Positions 22,181-34,700 are shown, numbered from the stretch's first letter. The stretch is DNA of 64,000 nt from an uncultured Methanosarcinaceae archaeon (GCA_963833425.1 CAWHXP010000003.1:480001-544000), one strand, 5' to 3'. Translations and numbers: made by a program. The notes: a model not told the origin generated them from the sequence alone.

Positions 22181-22958
22181 TATTAGAGCTTCTATCTATC
22201 ATTGGCTTGCCTATTTTTCGCAAAAAATAGAATAGCTCTAAATTTGTGGAGAGAATTTTTCTGGAATAACTAGCTTAGTATCTATATGATCGATCACCAG
22301 AGTGCTGGCAGCAAGAACAACATCATAGATGAAATGCAGCGTCGCATACACATTTTTTTTGGTCAAGCACGTGGAGACCCCAAGTAAGTTAAAAAAACTT
22401 TTGATCAGTGGGTAATAAGATGGTGAACGAGTGAGTGCTGCTACTAAACTTTCTAAATATTCTATAAATAATTCATGAAATCAGAGGTCTATCGAAATCC
22501 TCCATAATATTAGGATTTACGCACTTAATGTATACGTATGGCCATGTTCTCCTTCTATCGCCATGATCAGTATCGGTGTGAATTGCGACGATTTGGGCAT
22601 GCTGCTTGCAAGGATGAAAACTGGCCATAAGAGACAACAAGAGTATTCAACCGGCATTCTGCATTTAGTATTGTTGCATCCAAGATATCTGAAGAATATT
22701 CATTGATCATCGGTTGAAGTTTAAAAGATTATTTTCGCCATTTATATTATATTATTAAAAAAATTAAATTTGCTAGGTAGTATACCAGTCGCTTCTTAAT
22801 CTTGAAAACAAGATCTGATATATTTATCTGAAATGTAGTTTGTGTCCATAATCAACGTACAATTGCAATTTAAAATATCTAATAATATAAAGTAAATACT
22901 TAAATAAGTAACAGCAGCTTATACCTCCTAGCCAGATTACTTTATCAGATTTATAGTT

Positions 22959-23067
22959 TAGGACTTTATGCACGTGAGGTGCAAATTTGAGTGCAATAAA
23001 CATCGTGGTTTAAATTTGCATCTAGGTTTATTGTAATTGATTTTTCAATTCAACAGCGTAAGTCCTA
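22959..23067. mobile_element. MITE with TAGGACTTACGC-type TIRs
   Basis: TAGGACTTTATGCA...AGCGTAAGTCCTA; similar length to the copy at 13362. Confidence 0.6.
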
Positions 23068-23270
23068 AATTTATATCCATTACTTTGTTAGATATTTCAG
23101 TCACCTGAAGAAAAACGCGATAATTGCAAGTATAATAAAGATTATTAAGAGCCACATCGTAATCTCCATAGAAAAATCTACAATTATCTGTAGCTTAGTG
23201 TATAAGCAATAAATGATATATCAACAGAGATACTGAAACTCCTATCAAATCAACCAAGTTTATCCCCCAC

Positions 23271-23684
23271 TCAGTGATATTCTTCCGAAAATTCCATTTG
23301 CTCAAAACCCCCTGTCTGCCAGTAAGGTTGATATCCGTAGTAAGTATACACTCTGAATAACTCTTCATAAGTTAATGGCAACTTATCTTTATCGAAACCA
23401 TCTGCTTTTTTGAGGACCTCTTTATCAACATTTAGAGTGATTATCAAAGTGTGCTCATAAAGCTTCAATTTAAAAGCCCGCCAAGGAACAGCAAACAGTT
23501 TATTGCCCATACCAAGGAATCCACCAAAAGAAAGTACTGCATATGCTATTCTATCATTTTCCAAATCAATCATTAGGTCCTCAATATTCCCTAAATCTTC
23601 CCCAGATTTATTGATAACTTTATGATCTTTTAGCGTATTTGCTGGCACAAAGTGTGAATTCTCTTGACTTTCTTGACTTTCCAT
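23271..23684 (-). CDS. PRC-barrel domain protein
   Basis: V.N..GEDLGNIEDLMID....RIAYAVLSFGGFLGMGNKLFAVPW; YYGYQPYW tail. Confidence 0.9.
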   Translation of the reverse strand: MESQESQENSHFVPANTLKDHKVINKSGEDLGNIEDLMIDLENDRIAYAVLSFGGFLGMGNKLFAVPWRAFKLKLYEHTLIITLNVDKEVLKKADGFDKDKLPLTYEELFRVYTYYGYQPYWQTGGFEQMEFSEEYH

Positions 23685-24655
23685 ATTTCCAATTCCTCAA
23701 TTTTTAAAAGATATCATTTTGAAGCTCATGGTCTCACTACAACTTCAAAATCATTTTTCTGATTGTTATTTCTTCTATGAAGTCACTTTTTAGATTCGGC
23801 TTTTAATTTTTCCGGACTGTTTTTTTAATTTATGGTGGACTGCTCCATACTCACTGTTGTCGTAGAAATTCCAAAACCATTGACAGTTCGGGTAGTACTG
23901 GCCATTGTAGTAGTGGTCATTAGCATGGTGGTCACGGTAATGACTGCCTTCATGTACTTGTACGTGTCCTGCTATCTCTATGCGTTTGCTCATTTAGATA
24001 AAATTTTTAGACCATTTGGTTGTTGACCGTTTGCTTGCTATTAAGTAAATTTTCCTTCGACAGATCTACTACGTAAATATTGTATAACCAATTAACAGTT
24101 ATAGATGGGTTATCTGGCGTTAACATTATTTCTTAATTTAGAAGGTATATATCACAAAATATATAATCCAGTATATATCAAATGATTATAATATTTTCTA
24201 GTTTATTTCTAATTTTTGATACAAAAAATGCATATGAACAAATATTGTTTTCACATGTCAAATATACAATAAAGAACAACAATTAAATATTAAGTATTTA
24301 ATATGTCGTTATTTTAGATAGTTTTCATAATTAAGTATTAAGTATATCCCTAAAATTGAAGGAAAAGGATATGTAAACGGCATTATGGATATTTTGAGAA
24401 TAATATCAGTCAATTCTATAGAGACCAACTTAAATTGCTATATGCTCTAAAAAAATTAAACTTCCTGAAATTTAGTATAGATCTGATAGAAATTTTTGAT
24501 GAATTCTTTTCATAAATATAATGGGGAATTTCGATAAACAACCCAAAGGGCATGTATATGTCAAAATAAGTCAACATCATGAGGGGGATATAAGGGCGCT
24601 AAATTCTAATTCATTTACATAAAAAATATACGAGGGAACTTAGATAATTGGGGAT

Positions 24656-25181
24656 ATGGAAAGTATATATGCTTTAAATTATTAGTCAGTAGCACTCTAA
24701 AAGGAGATAATGGTTAGCGATAGATCTAGAGAAAGGAGATCTAGAAAAGATTGAAGAATTTATATTGGATTCGGAAAATTGAAGGATAGGATGTGTAGCG
24801 CTTTAGTTGGCGGATTTATGGTTGTGGGTAATAGAGATTGTTTGCTGTTCCTTGATAGGATCTTAAACTGAGGGTTATGAGCACATTTTATCTTGATATC
24901 AAGAAAGAAATCTTGAATTGAAGAAGTGAGAATTGATTCGGAAATAGGATGAATAGCATATGTGGTACTTTTTTTGGCGGTTTTCTTGGTATAGGTAATA
25001 AATTATTTACCATCCCATGAAAGCTCTTGAGTCTAATCGAGACTACTATATTCTTAGAGTTATCAAATCTGTCCTAGAGAAAACAAGCGGCTTTGATAAA
25101 GAAGAATGTTCTTCAACTCGCGATGAGTTAGCTAATGTGTACATGCATTATGGACTTCGAGCATATTGGGAAAATAAATAA
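24656..25181 (+). pseudogene. Degraded PRC-barrel protein with a partially duplicated barrel
   Basis: Fragments STLKGD, DLEKIEEFILDSEN*RIG, DSEIG*IAYVVLF.GGFLGIGNKLFTIP*, GFDKEE..RDELANVYMHYGLRAYWE align with the gene at 23271-23684. Confidence 0.75.
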
Positions 25182-25202
25182 AGCAGTACTTCGGTTGATA
25201 AC

Positions 25203-26092
25203 ATGAAAGTTGTTGTCTCTGATCCTATGTTCTTACCAGAAGAATACAGGAAAAGACTTGAAGGTCTTGGAAACCTCACTATTTTTGAGAACATACCATC
25301 TCACATTGAAGAATTTATATCAAGGGTTGCAGGTGCAGATATAGTCATTGCTAGTAGATATGGATTTTCTGAAAAGGCATTCATAGCCACCGGAAATTTG
25401 GGGATGATTTTCTTATGACAAACTGGTTATAACCAAATAAATATTACGGCTGCGAATGAAAAAAGTGTAATCGGATCCAATTTTCCTAATTACGCATATG
25501 ATTCAGTTGGTAAATGGTCTTTGCTCTCATCCTGAATCTCATGAGAAAAGTACGTCTTGCAGACATAAGATAGCGAAATGGAAATTTTGAATGGCGCAAC
25601 TATATAGGCAATCAGTTCATGGGGAAGACAATCGGAGCAGTAGGCATCGGTAGTACTGAACAAGAGTTATTCAAATAGCTCATGGTTTCAATACGAACTT
25701 AATTGCATTTGCAGATCATCCAAGTAAGTTCCACTCACACCCTCTACCGAAAAAAATGATCAGCGTAAGATAGTTCGCAGAAATTAATAAAGTGTGATTC
25801 TTATAAATACCTCTAGAGAAAAAGTTGTTGATGAAGATGCTCTTATAAAAACTTTGGGAGAAAAACAGATTGGAAGCGCTGTCTGGATGTTTTCGAGAGA
25901 GAACGGCTGCCATTGAATAGTTCGTTGTTGGAATTTGAAAATGCTGCACTCGCACAGTATGTAGCTTTTTTATCAAATGAATCATCCGAGGAATGCACTC
26001 GAGTGTGCATTCAAAAAGTAGAAAAATTCATTGAAGGGAAGCCACAGAATGTTGTAAACCCTGAAGTGATTACAAGTTTTAAACTACCTTAA
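25203..26092 (+). pseudogene. D-2-hydroxyacid dehydrogenase pseudogene
   Basis: MKVVVSDP start; later MGKTIGAVGIG, VVDEDALIK.L, ALDVFERE-like and KPQNVVNPEV pieces in different frames with stops. Confidence 0.8.
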
Positions 26093-26254
26093 TTTGTTTT
26101 CGGTTAAGATACCAAACATCTAAATTTGTTATTTTTATTCAAAAAGTCGCATTTTTGACGATTCCAGAAAATATTAGAAATAGAAGTTTTAGGCAGAAAG
26201 ATGGAACTGTTAAGCTTATAGAATTGTTATAATAGAAGATTCAATTAGATTTCA

Positions 26255-27290
26255 ATGGAAATAATTGTAAAAATGATACTGGCTCTTTTAACCATTCTCA
26301 TCCTAACCGCGGTTATTGTTTATGCAACACTCCCCTATAAACTATTTTCTAGGGGCTGTTATCCTTTACATTATATTCAGATCTCTTTATCACTTTTTCA
26401 TAAGGAGAGCCGAGCTTAATAAACAATTTGCTGCAGTTTTAGTATTAATTATTTCAATATGTGTTGTACTCACTCCATTGTATTTTCTCCTAGGTATAAT
26501 TATTGATGAAATCCAGCTGCTTTTACTTAACCAGGCGTCTATTGTTACATCTATTCAATCTTAAAACCAATTTTTCACTCATTATCTTTCAGGGCTGGGT
26601 ATTCCGACGGATATTCTCCAACAACAGATACAGGAGAGGATTACTAGTATTGGTTCTGAAACCGTCAATTACACAAGTAAGTCCATTCTGGGTTCAATTC
26701 AGATACTGAGCCAGCATTCTATAGGCCTTTTAATTATGTATTTTTTTGTTTTACTACCTCTTAACAGGAGAAGATTTTACATTTGTACATAAAATTTATG
26801 TGGTAGTTCCATTCAATGAAGAATATACAGCCACTCTGCTGGACGAGGTCAGAAGAATTATCAGGACAACTATAATTTCCAGCGGGGCTGTAGCCCTTTT
26901 CCAGGGTGTTATTCTGACTATCACTTTTTTGATCATAAAAGTTCAGGGAGCCTTTCTCGAGGGTTCTATCGCAACACTCCTTGCTTTTATGCCCGTTTTT
27001 GGATCAACCCTAGTTTGGGTTCCCGCAACCATTGTCTAGTTCCTCCTGGGGGACTATACTGGGGGTGCTATTCTTTTTGCGGGGCTCTTTGTAAGTCTCG
27101 TGGATAGTTTTCTCAGGTCCATAATCCAGAAAAGATTTGGAGAAATTCATCCTTTCTGATCCCTTATTAGGATTATCATAGGAGTATCGCTTTTTGGATT
27201 TATAGGAACCATTATAGGCCCCTTCTCCTTTCTTATCTCATCCTGACCTTAGAAATGTTCTCCAAGGAATACCTTTCTAAGAGAGAGTAA
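26255..27290 (+). pseudogene. AI-2E family transporter pseudogene
   Basis: Hydrophobic fragments with FMPVFGSTLVWVP, DSFLRS, EIHPF*, FGFIGTIIGP; multiple frameshifts and stops. Confidence 0.8.
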
Positions 27291-27793
27291 GAATATAATT
27301 ATGGGAGAGAGTTACTGAAACGTATAGGCACACAAATTGCTATCGATATTATTCACAAACATGGAGTCTGCTCTTTTTTAGATCAGATCATAGATTTATT
27401 CCTGAAACTGAATTGCCAGCTTCAAGATGATGATCCTCAACTCTCTTGTACCTATCTATGCATTTTCTCGAATTCAGGCAAAAACTGTCCTAATTTAAGC
27501 TGAAGATGAGAACACACAGAGATTTTCTACGAAACATGTGAATCAATGAAAACAATAAAAACAGAAATCTTTGAGTATAACCATCTATCTACAGCCTATT
27601 TTTTGTAGTGAAAGAAAAAGGATACAGAGCCAATTGTATTTTATAGAATTTTGGGTACACGCCCATAGACTGTCTCAATGTGTAATGGACTTATCCCATT
27701 TTTGAAAATCTAGCCTTTTAATTCATCCGAAAGAAGCTAAGGGTAGAAAAATGAATAAAATTGTTGGGTACGGACGCCTAATATGCCGTTCTT

Positions 27794-27973
27794 TTACTTT
27801 CCCAGGAACTTCTTGATTTTACCTACCTTTTCTTGCGCCTTGCCTTCTTTCTTTTCAACAGTACCTTCGGCTTTCAAGTGGGGATTATTGATGAGTTCCC
27901 CTACTGTCTCTTTGATCTCTCCCTTAACTTTGTGAAGCTTACCTTCTGCTTGGTCCCGAGCGCTTGTTTTCAT
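27794..27973 (-). CDS. csbD: CsbD-family general stress protein, 59 aa (below the ORF-track cutoff)
   Basis: MKTSARDQAEGKLHKVKGEIKETVGELINNPHLKAEGTVEKKEGKAQEKVGKIKKFLGK; purine-rich RBS upstream. Confidence 0.88.
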   Translation of the reverse strand: MKTSARDQAEGKLHKVKGEIKETVGELINNPHLKAEGTVEKKEGKAQEKVGKIKKFLGK

Positions 27974-28332
27974 GGCACTTCCCTTTTCTAAAATTTCATT
28001 TCAATCTTGAAGAATTAGTATAGATGTGGCTTTGTGCCCCAAATAGATAGAATTAAAGGTGTTTCAAGTACTAATCTCTTGTTTTCTGGCATAATCTGTA
28101 CAAAACCAATATTCTGAATTTGTTGGTGTAGTTACTTTAAGTTAATTGTATGAAAAATGGTTTCTGAACAAAAGTTACGCTGACATAAAATTTTTTTAAG
28201 TTAAAAAACAATTAAAAATTAATAATGTTTTTTTATTACTTTTGGGATTTTCAAAATCAGTACTAATTTAGTCCCTAAAAGGCAATGCGGATTAATTTCA
28301 TATAAATTCTGATCGTGTCCTTGATTCATCAT

Positions 28333-28425
28333 GAAGGATTTCGATAAGTTTCTGATTTTCACGGGTCTTACATATCGCATTTATAAACGTCTGACAAAGT
28401 TTAGGTGTTTATTGAAATCCTCTTT
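28333..28425 (+). mobile_element. ~90 bp MITE, IS5-type TIR family
   Basis: GAAGGATTTCGATAAGTTTCTGATTTTCACG...GTTTATTGAAATCCTCT; close match to 38711-38805. Confidence 0.7.
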
Positions 28426-28730
28426 AGACTACAATATGCAATTTCCTCTTAGTTATTTTAAATGAATTATACGAAAAATAGTTTCTAACCAAAAAATAAT
28501 TTTACATAAGATTTCTCACGATCAAAAAACAGTTAAATAATAATTATATTTCACATTATTTTTGAAGTTTTCATTCAATTGGATAATTATTTCCATCCAC
28601 AAAAAGCAGTGAATAACCATTTTTTTGGCTATGCTTCTGTAAACTCAATCATGCCATTACATTAGAAATGTAACCCTTGTGGCCATTGCATCCGAGCAAA
28701 TGCAAAAAAAGTGATCCCCTTCTATTTCAT

Positions 28731-28788
28731 TCGAATATCCCGCAACTTGTTGCGGGGAGTGCCACCGCAATTTTAATTAGTTGAATTT
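28731..28788 (+). repeat. Solo IS200-end hairpin (REP/PATE-like)
   Basis: TCGAATATCCCGCAACTTGTTGCGGGG...GCAATTTTAATT matches both ends of the IS200 at 35323-35933. Confidence 0.7.
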
Positions 28789-28789
28789 T

Positions 28790-30712
28790 TTATTTTCCTT
28801 TTACTGTAAACCTCATAGCGAATTCCGTTCCATTGTTCCTTGTAAGTTCAAGTTCCCCTTCTAACTGTTCTACAAGAATGATTACCAGTTGTATACCAAG
28901 ACTATCAGAATTTTTCAATTCAAGAATTTCAGATATGCCTATCCCGTCATCTGAAACCGTGAGAATAAAACTGCTACCCTTTAAGTCCTTATTATTTCGC
29001 TCTTCTCGATGGAGTTTAATTTGAATTTCTCCTTTATCCCTGCCAATAAATGCGTGTTTGAGAGAGTTTGAAACAAGTTCGTTGATGATTATGCCTAAAG
29101 GAACTGCAGCATCCATATCAAAAAAAATGTTTTCTTCCAGATTCATATTCAAGATAATATTGGTATCTCCAAGCTTGTATGTCTGGAAAAGATTCACAAC
29201 TAGTTCCTTAATATACGACGAAAAGTTCAGCGTATCAAATTCTCCGCCTTTATATAGTTCCTCATGGATAAGGGCTATGGATATTATTCTATCCTGATTT
29301 TCCTTGAAGGCTTCAATGATTTCCGAATTCTTAATAAATTCTCTGTTGCTGAACTTTTCAGCCTGAAGGTCAAGAAGGGATAAGATCACCTGCAAATTAT
29401 TTTTGATCCTGTGATGAATTTCCTTTTTACGGGCAGTTTCGATATTCTTAAGGAACTTTTCTGCCTCTTTTCTTTCGGTCACATCATAAATAGCACCTTG
29501 GTAGAATTCCGTCTTTCCACTCTTCCCACTAACTTTCTGGTAGATTTCATTAAGCCATCTGGTTCTTCCGTCCCTGTGCTTGATACGAAACTCAATTTGT
29601 CCATAATCTGCAGATAACAATTTTTGACTCTGTTGATCTTCTTTGGGAACGAAAGACAAGTCATCTGGATGGGTTATTTCTTCCCACTTAAGCAGGGACA
29701 TAAGGTCTTTTTCTTTATATCCGGTGATCTCTTCAACAGCGCCATGTAGAAATATAGGAACAAAGTTTTTATCTGTCTGGAAAGCAATTCCATGAAAATT
29801 TTCTATGAAAGAGCGATATTTCCTCTCACTTTCTTTAAGTTGAGTTTCCGCAACCTTGGCACTTGTAATATCTTTCAGTATTCCGATAGCTCCGTAAGGC
29901 TGACCCTCATGATCCGTAACGGTGACCCAATTGTTTTCGATAGAAATGACAGTTCCATCTTTTTTTTTCAACCTTAATTCTTCCTTAAATCTGCCTTTGG
30001 TAGTTTTCACATCCTGAAATGTTTCACCCACATAATTTTTATCTCCGCAATGGATATTATTGACCCAAAAATCTTTGCCAAATTTTTGCAATTCTTCAAA
30101 GCTATATCCTGTAACTTCTTCTATGGCACCATCCCATGTGCATTCACCTGTTCTGGAATCATAGTCATATATCACCTGTCCTGTCTGCTCTGTGACAATC
30201 CTATACCGTTCTTCGCTTTTCTTAAGTTTTTCTTCTGCTTCTTTACTTTTGGTTATATCTCTGGCAATAATTAAAACAGCGCTTATATTTTCAGAGGCAT
30301 CTAAAATTGGGGAAAGAGTTAATGAGACATTTACTATCTTACCATCCTTTCTTAACCGTAATGTCTCATAATGGTGAATTCTATCTTTCTGTTTAATTAA
30401 TTCAACTAATTCTTTTGTTTCTTCGACTAATATGGGTGGCTCCAGGATGGATATTGGCTTTCCCAATATTTCGTTAGCTGAATAACCATAAATCTGCTCT
30501 GCGCCTCTATTCCAGCTGGTAATAATGCCATCAAGAGACTTGGTTATAACGGCGTCTGCAGAAGATTCCACCATACTCGCCAGCGTCTGAATTGCATCTT
30601 CTTTTTTGCTGTATTTGGGATTTCTATAAGTTTCCATTTTCCTTCCATTTAGATCAAAGCAAATTGGTTGTTGATAATAAAATCGAGGATTTATTTGTGT
30701 TGCACCAGTCAA
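28790..30712 (-). CDS. Multi-PAS/PAC sensor histidine kinase (HisKA_2 type), surviving 3' part
   Basis: Three PAS domains; KEIHHRIKNNLQVI H-box; INELVSNSLKHAF, SDDGIG, LGIQLV; likely restart at ATG 30637. Confidence 0.85.
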   Translation of the reverse strand: MTGATQINPRFYYQQPICFDLNGRKMETYRNPKYSKKEDAIQTLASMVESSADAVITKSLDGIITSWNRGAEQIYGYSANEILGKPISILEPPILVEETKELVELIKQKDRIHHYETLRLRKDGKIVNVSLTLSPILDASENISAVLIIARDITKSKEAEEKLKKSEERYRIVTEQTGQVIYDYDSRTGECTWDGAIEEVTGYSFEELQKFGKDFWVNNIHCGDKNYVGETFQDVKTTKGRFKEELRLKKKDGTVISIENNWVTVTDHEGQPYGAIGILKDITSAKVAETQLKESERKYRSFIENFHGIAFQTDKNFVPIFLHGAVEEITGYKEKDLMSLLKWEEITHPDDLSFVPKEDQQSQKLLSADYGQIEFRIKHRDGRTRWLNEIYQKVSGKSGKTEFYQGAIYDVTERKEAEKFLKNIETARKKEIHHRIKNNLQVILSLLDLQAEKFSNREFIKNSEIIEAFKENQDRIISIALIHEELYKGGEFDTLNFSSYIKELVVNLFQTYKLGDTNIILNMNLEENIFFDMDAAVPLGIIINELVSNSLKHAFIGRDKGEIQIKLHREERNNKDLKGSSFILTVSDDGIGISEILELKNSDSLGIQLVIILVEQLEGELELTRNNGTEFAMRFTVKGK

Positions 30713-30719
30713 GAAAATA

Positions 30720-31284
30720 GGTGCAGAGAACTATCATATGGTAGTTGCCGATGATTCTGATATTTCTTCCTCATAATCATCAAAATCATTCCAAACCTTT
30801 TTTTCAAGCTAAAAAGTTTCTTGGCAAGCTTCAAACCTTCGTAGCCATTAGTCAGAGCCTGGTTAGTTTTTCAACTCAGACATTTTAGATATTTTTCGAA
30901 TTGGAATTAACATCTTTCAAATCCCATTGTGCATAAAGGATGAATTCAATTTGCCCATTTTCCAGATAAGTATCTAAATCAGGCTCAGTCCTGTAAGGTT
31001 TCTTGTGCTTCATCTACTTCCAAGAGTTGGGATGTGATCCATATGCAAACTTCATTATTTTCAAGCCGATTTTTGAAATAGGGAACAAGGGTATCTATTA
31101 AATCATCTTGTATCTGGTAAAATTGGCAGACTTGAGTTCCCCAGGGAATGTTTCCAATGATATCAATTCCAGATTTTCTCAGTTCTTCATTCAGTCTACA
31201 TATTCTCCGACTTTGAAGATGCATTCGCTGTCTCCAAGTTATGTGTGCCTTCCCTCTCCCTGCCTCATAATTTCGGCTTTTCAT
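30720..31284 (-). pseudogene. Broken N-terminal MEDS domain of the kinase
   Basis: LRKSGIDIIGNIPWGTQVCQFYQ...LVPYFK..LENNE.CIWITS, then stop and frameshifts. Confidence 0.8.
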
Positions 31285-31706
31285 TTTTTTTGTCTCTTGA
31301 GAATTTCGCTGAAAAATCTAGGCATAAGGATCGCTCTATTTTGTCCACAAAAATGAGCACATCCCTCATTCTTCCAGTTTTATTAACTATTCAACATATA
31401 TATTTTGTTAGCGACATCAGATAGCACGTTCAAATGTAAAAATCACAACACTAAATAAAATTTGGACCGTTATGTAACGCAACATCCTTGGACTTGATGT
31501 AAGTAGTACTTATCATGAGTTTAAAAGAATACCAACCCATTTGTAAACAGATTCAAATTATAGAAAGTGGGTCATAATATTTATCATAAACACTTGTTAA
31601 TTGTAAGTTTTTCTCCTTAAGTAGCGATGCAGTACGAAACAGGATAATTATTCGGTGATCTCCCTCCTTTTGCGAAGGTCGACCACCGGTTGAGAAGGTA
31701 TTTTTT

Positions 31707-34700
31707 TTAGTCATGACCTTTATACATAACTGTTTCTGATGTGATCTTCCGCTCAGTGGTAGCAATGGCATATACCTCACCAGTTTTATTAACCAATGAG
31801 GTAGCTGTCAGCCACACTTCCACGATCCGGCCGTCTTTGGCAAGCCGCTGGGTGCGGTAAGGTTCCAGGACTCAGCACGGATAAGCTTATTCAGCGTGGC
31901 CAATTCTTCTTCTTTCTGGCTCTCTGGGATCAGGCTACTAATGTTCATCGTTAGTGCCTCGGCTTCACTCCAGCCATATATTCTCTCAGCCATCGGATTC
32001 CAGGCAGTGATGTGGCCCTCCAAATTCTGCAAAGTTATAGCATCACTAGAGTCATGTACTACTATGGCCAGGCGATGCATAGACTCAAAATTCTTCATAA
32101 TCTCATCTGCCAGTTTTATCTTGGTGATATTAGTAAAAGTGATCACAGCTCCCATGATCACGTTTTCAAGAGTGCGATAGGGCCGGATGCGCAGCAGGTA
32201 ACATGAGCCATTTTGTGTTTGGGCTTCAGTCTCTCTGGGCATTAGATTGACCAGAACATCATTTACGTCCTCTATTAGATGATCATAACCAACAAAATTT
32301 GAGACAATGTGCCCAAGAGGCCGTCCAATATCTGTCTGGATCAGATTGACCAACTTTGCGGCTTGAGGAGTAAAGCGAAGTATACGCAATTGAAAGTCTA
32401 CAAAGATAGTGCCTATACCTGTTCCGGCCAGCAGATTGTTCATATCGTTAATGGCCTGTGACAGATCTACTATCTTGTTTTGCAGTTCAGTATTGACCGT
32501 AGCCAATTCTTCGTTAACTGACTGTAATTCCTCCTTAGAGGTCTCTAGTTCTTCGTTGGTAGATTGTAGTTCCTCGTTGATTGACTGCATCTCTTCGTTG
32601 GAGGATTTGAGTTCTTCGTTGGAGGTCTCAAGTTCTTCATTGGAAGCTTTGAGGCTTTCTTCCTTTATCTGCAGCTTCCTTTTCAGCTCTAAGATATTTG
32701 CACCATTGGTAATTGCGCTATCAAAGGTGCCTTCACCGGCACCTATCGAGATGATATTACCTTTTTGATTCCTTTCCCACTCCGTCATTTCCTCAAATGT
32801 GACCAAGAACAGTTTTGGTCCAGCTGCTGCGTCAGGATCTGCAGCCACAGGTCGTACTACCATATTGACTGTGGTGAAGTCACCATTTGTTTTAACCCGC
32901 AACCCTGGATGAAATACTGGCTCTTTGTGGACCACAGCTTCATGCAAGTCCGTGATCAACTCCGACTTCAATCCCTCTCGAGCCATCTTCAGGATATTCA
33001 GGTCAACCTCCCCGGAAGCTAATTCCAGGTACATGCCAGTGCGGCCATGAAGATAGAAGATATCGCCGTATTGATTGACGAGCACACCTACTGGGGTGTT
33101 ATATTGTAGCATAGTCTGTTCGATCAGCTCACGAAATTTAAATTTGTTTTCAATAGGAACTTCGATGGGCAATTTTGAGATTCCTCTACTTTGCAGTTGT
33201 AGTGGAATAAATGTCCCGACAGGAAGGAGTTCATTGCTAGCATTTTTTTTGCGATACAGCTTCGATTTGCGGTCCACAACCTCAAACAGATTTTCGAAAT
33301 CACCCACTGTTTCGGAGGAACCGAGGAAGAGAAATCCACCTGGCTTTAAAGCATAATAGAAAAGGGGAATGAGCTTCTTCTGCAGTTCCTTGTTCAGATA
33401 GATCATCACGTTTCGACAACTTAGCAGATCAAGTTTTGAGAACGGTGGATCTTTGATAATGTCCTGCTCAGAAAAAATTATCATTTCACGGATAGTTTTC
33501 TTAATGCGGTAATTATTCTCTGATTCCTTGGTAAAGAAGCGAGCAAGTATTTCCGATGGGACATCAGCGAAGATGTTAGAGGAATAAACACCGTTTCGGG
33601 CCACTTCAATAGCTCGGCTGTCAATATCGGTTGCGAAAATTTGTACCTTGAAAATTTGCTTCAAAGTGTCCATTTGCTCTTGAAATAGGATGGCAATGGA
33701 ATATGCCTCCTCACCCGTAGAGCAGCCTGGTACCCAGATTCGTATCACTGAATCTGAGTTCTTACCGGTAAATAGATGGGGAAAGATTTTGTCCTGGAGC
33801 GTCTCAAACGCCGTGGGCTCGCGGAAGAAACTAGTGATACCAATTAGGAATTCATGAAATAGCACTTCCATCTCTGCAGGATTTTGCTCTAAATATTGCA
33901 CATACTCAGCCACATTTGTGAAATTCTTGACGACCATGCGCCGCTCGATTCGGCGTTTGACAGTACTCTCCTTGTAATTGGAAAAGTCGTGACCGAGGTT
34001 GGTGTTCAACAAGTTGAATATCTTTGTCATCACATCTTCGTTCTTGGGGACAATGATGATTCTTTTTCCAAATGCTTTGTTGGCATAGGCAATGAGCTGG
34101 GCTGGCATCTTGGCCGGTGGCAGGATGTAATCTGCTAGACCTGTGGCTATTGCGCTGCGTGGCATGCCGTCGTACTCGCTGGATTCAGGACTCTGTACTA
34201 TCATCATGCCACCTCCGGCCTTGATAGCTCTCATCCCCAATGTGCCGTCGCTGCCAGTACCTGAGAGTATAATGCCTAGGGCCTTATCTGTCTGATCCTG
34301 AGCCAGAGATTTGAAGAACGAATCAATAGGTAGGCGAAAACCATGCATTTCGATCGGTTTCTTCAAAAATAGCATTCCATCCTCAAAAATCATATCATAG
34401 CTAGGTGGGATTACGTAGATCCTATCAGGTTGGACAATCAGCCCGTCCGTGACTTCGTAAACCGGCAGCTGTGTATAGCGTCCAATAAGGTCAGTGAGAA
34501 TGCTCTTGTGGTTAGGGTCTAGATGCTGCACCACGACAAAGGCCATTCCTAGATAGGAGTTAGTGGGCAAGGCTGAAAAAAAAGCTTCGAATGCAACTAG
34601 CCCACCAGCCGATGCACCTATGCCCACAATGAAAAAATTATGTTTTGGGTATTTATTTGAGTTTGCATCTGAATCCGGAAGTTCACTTACGAGAGTCTCT

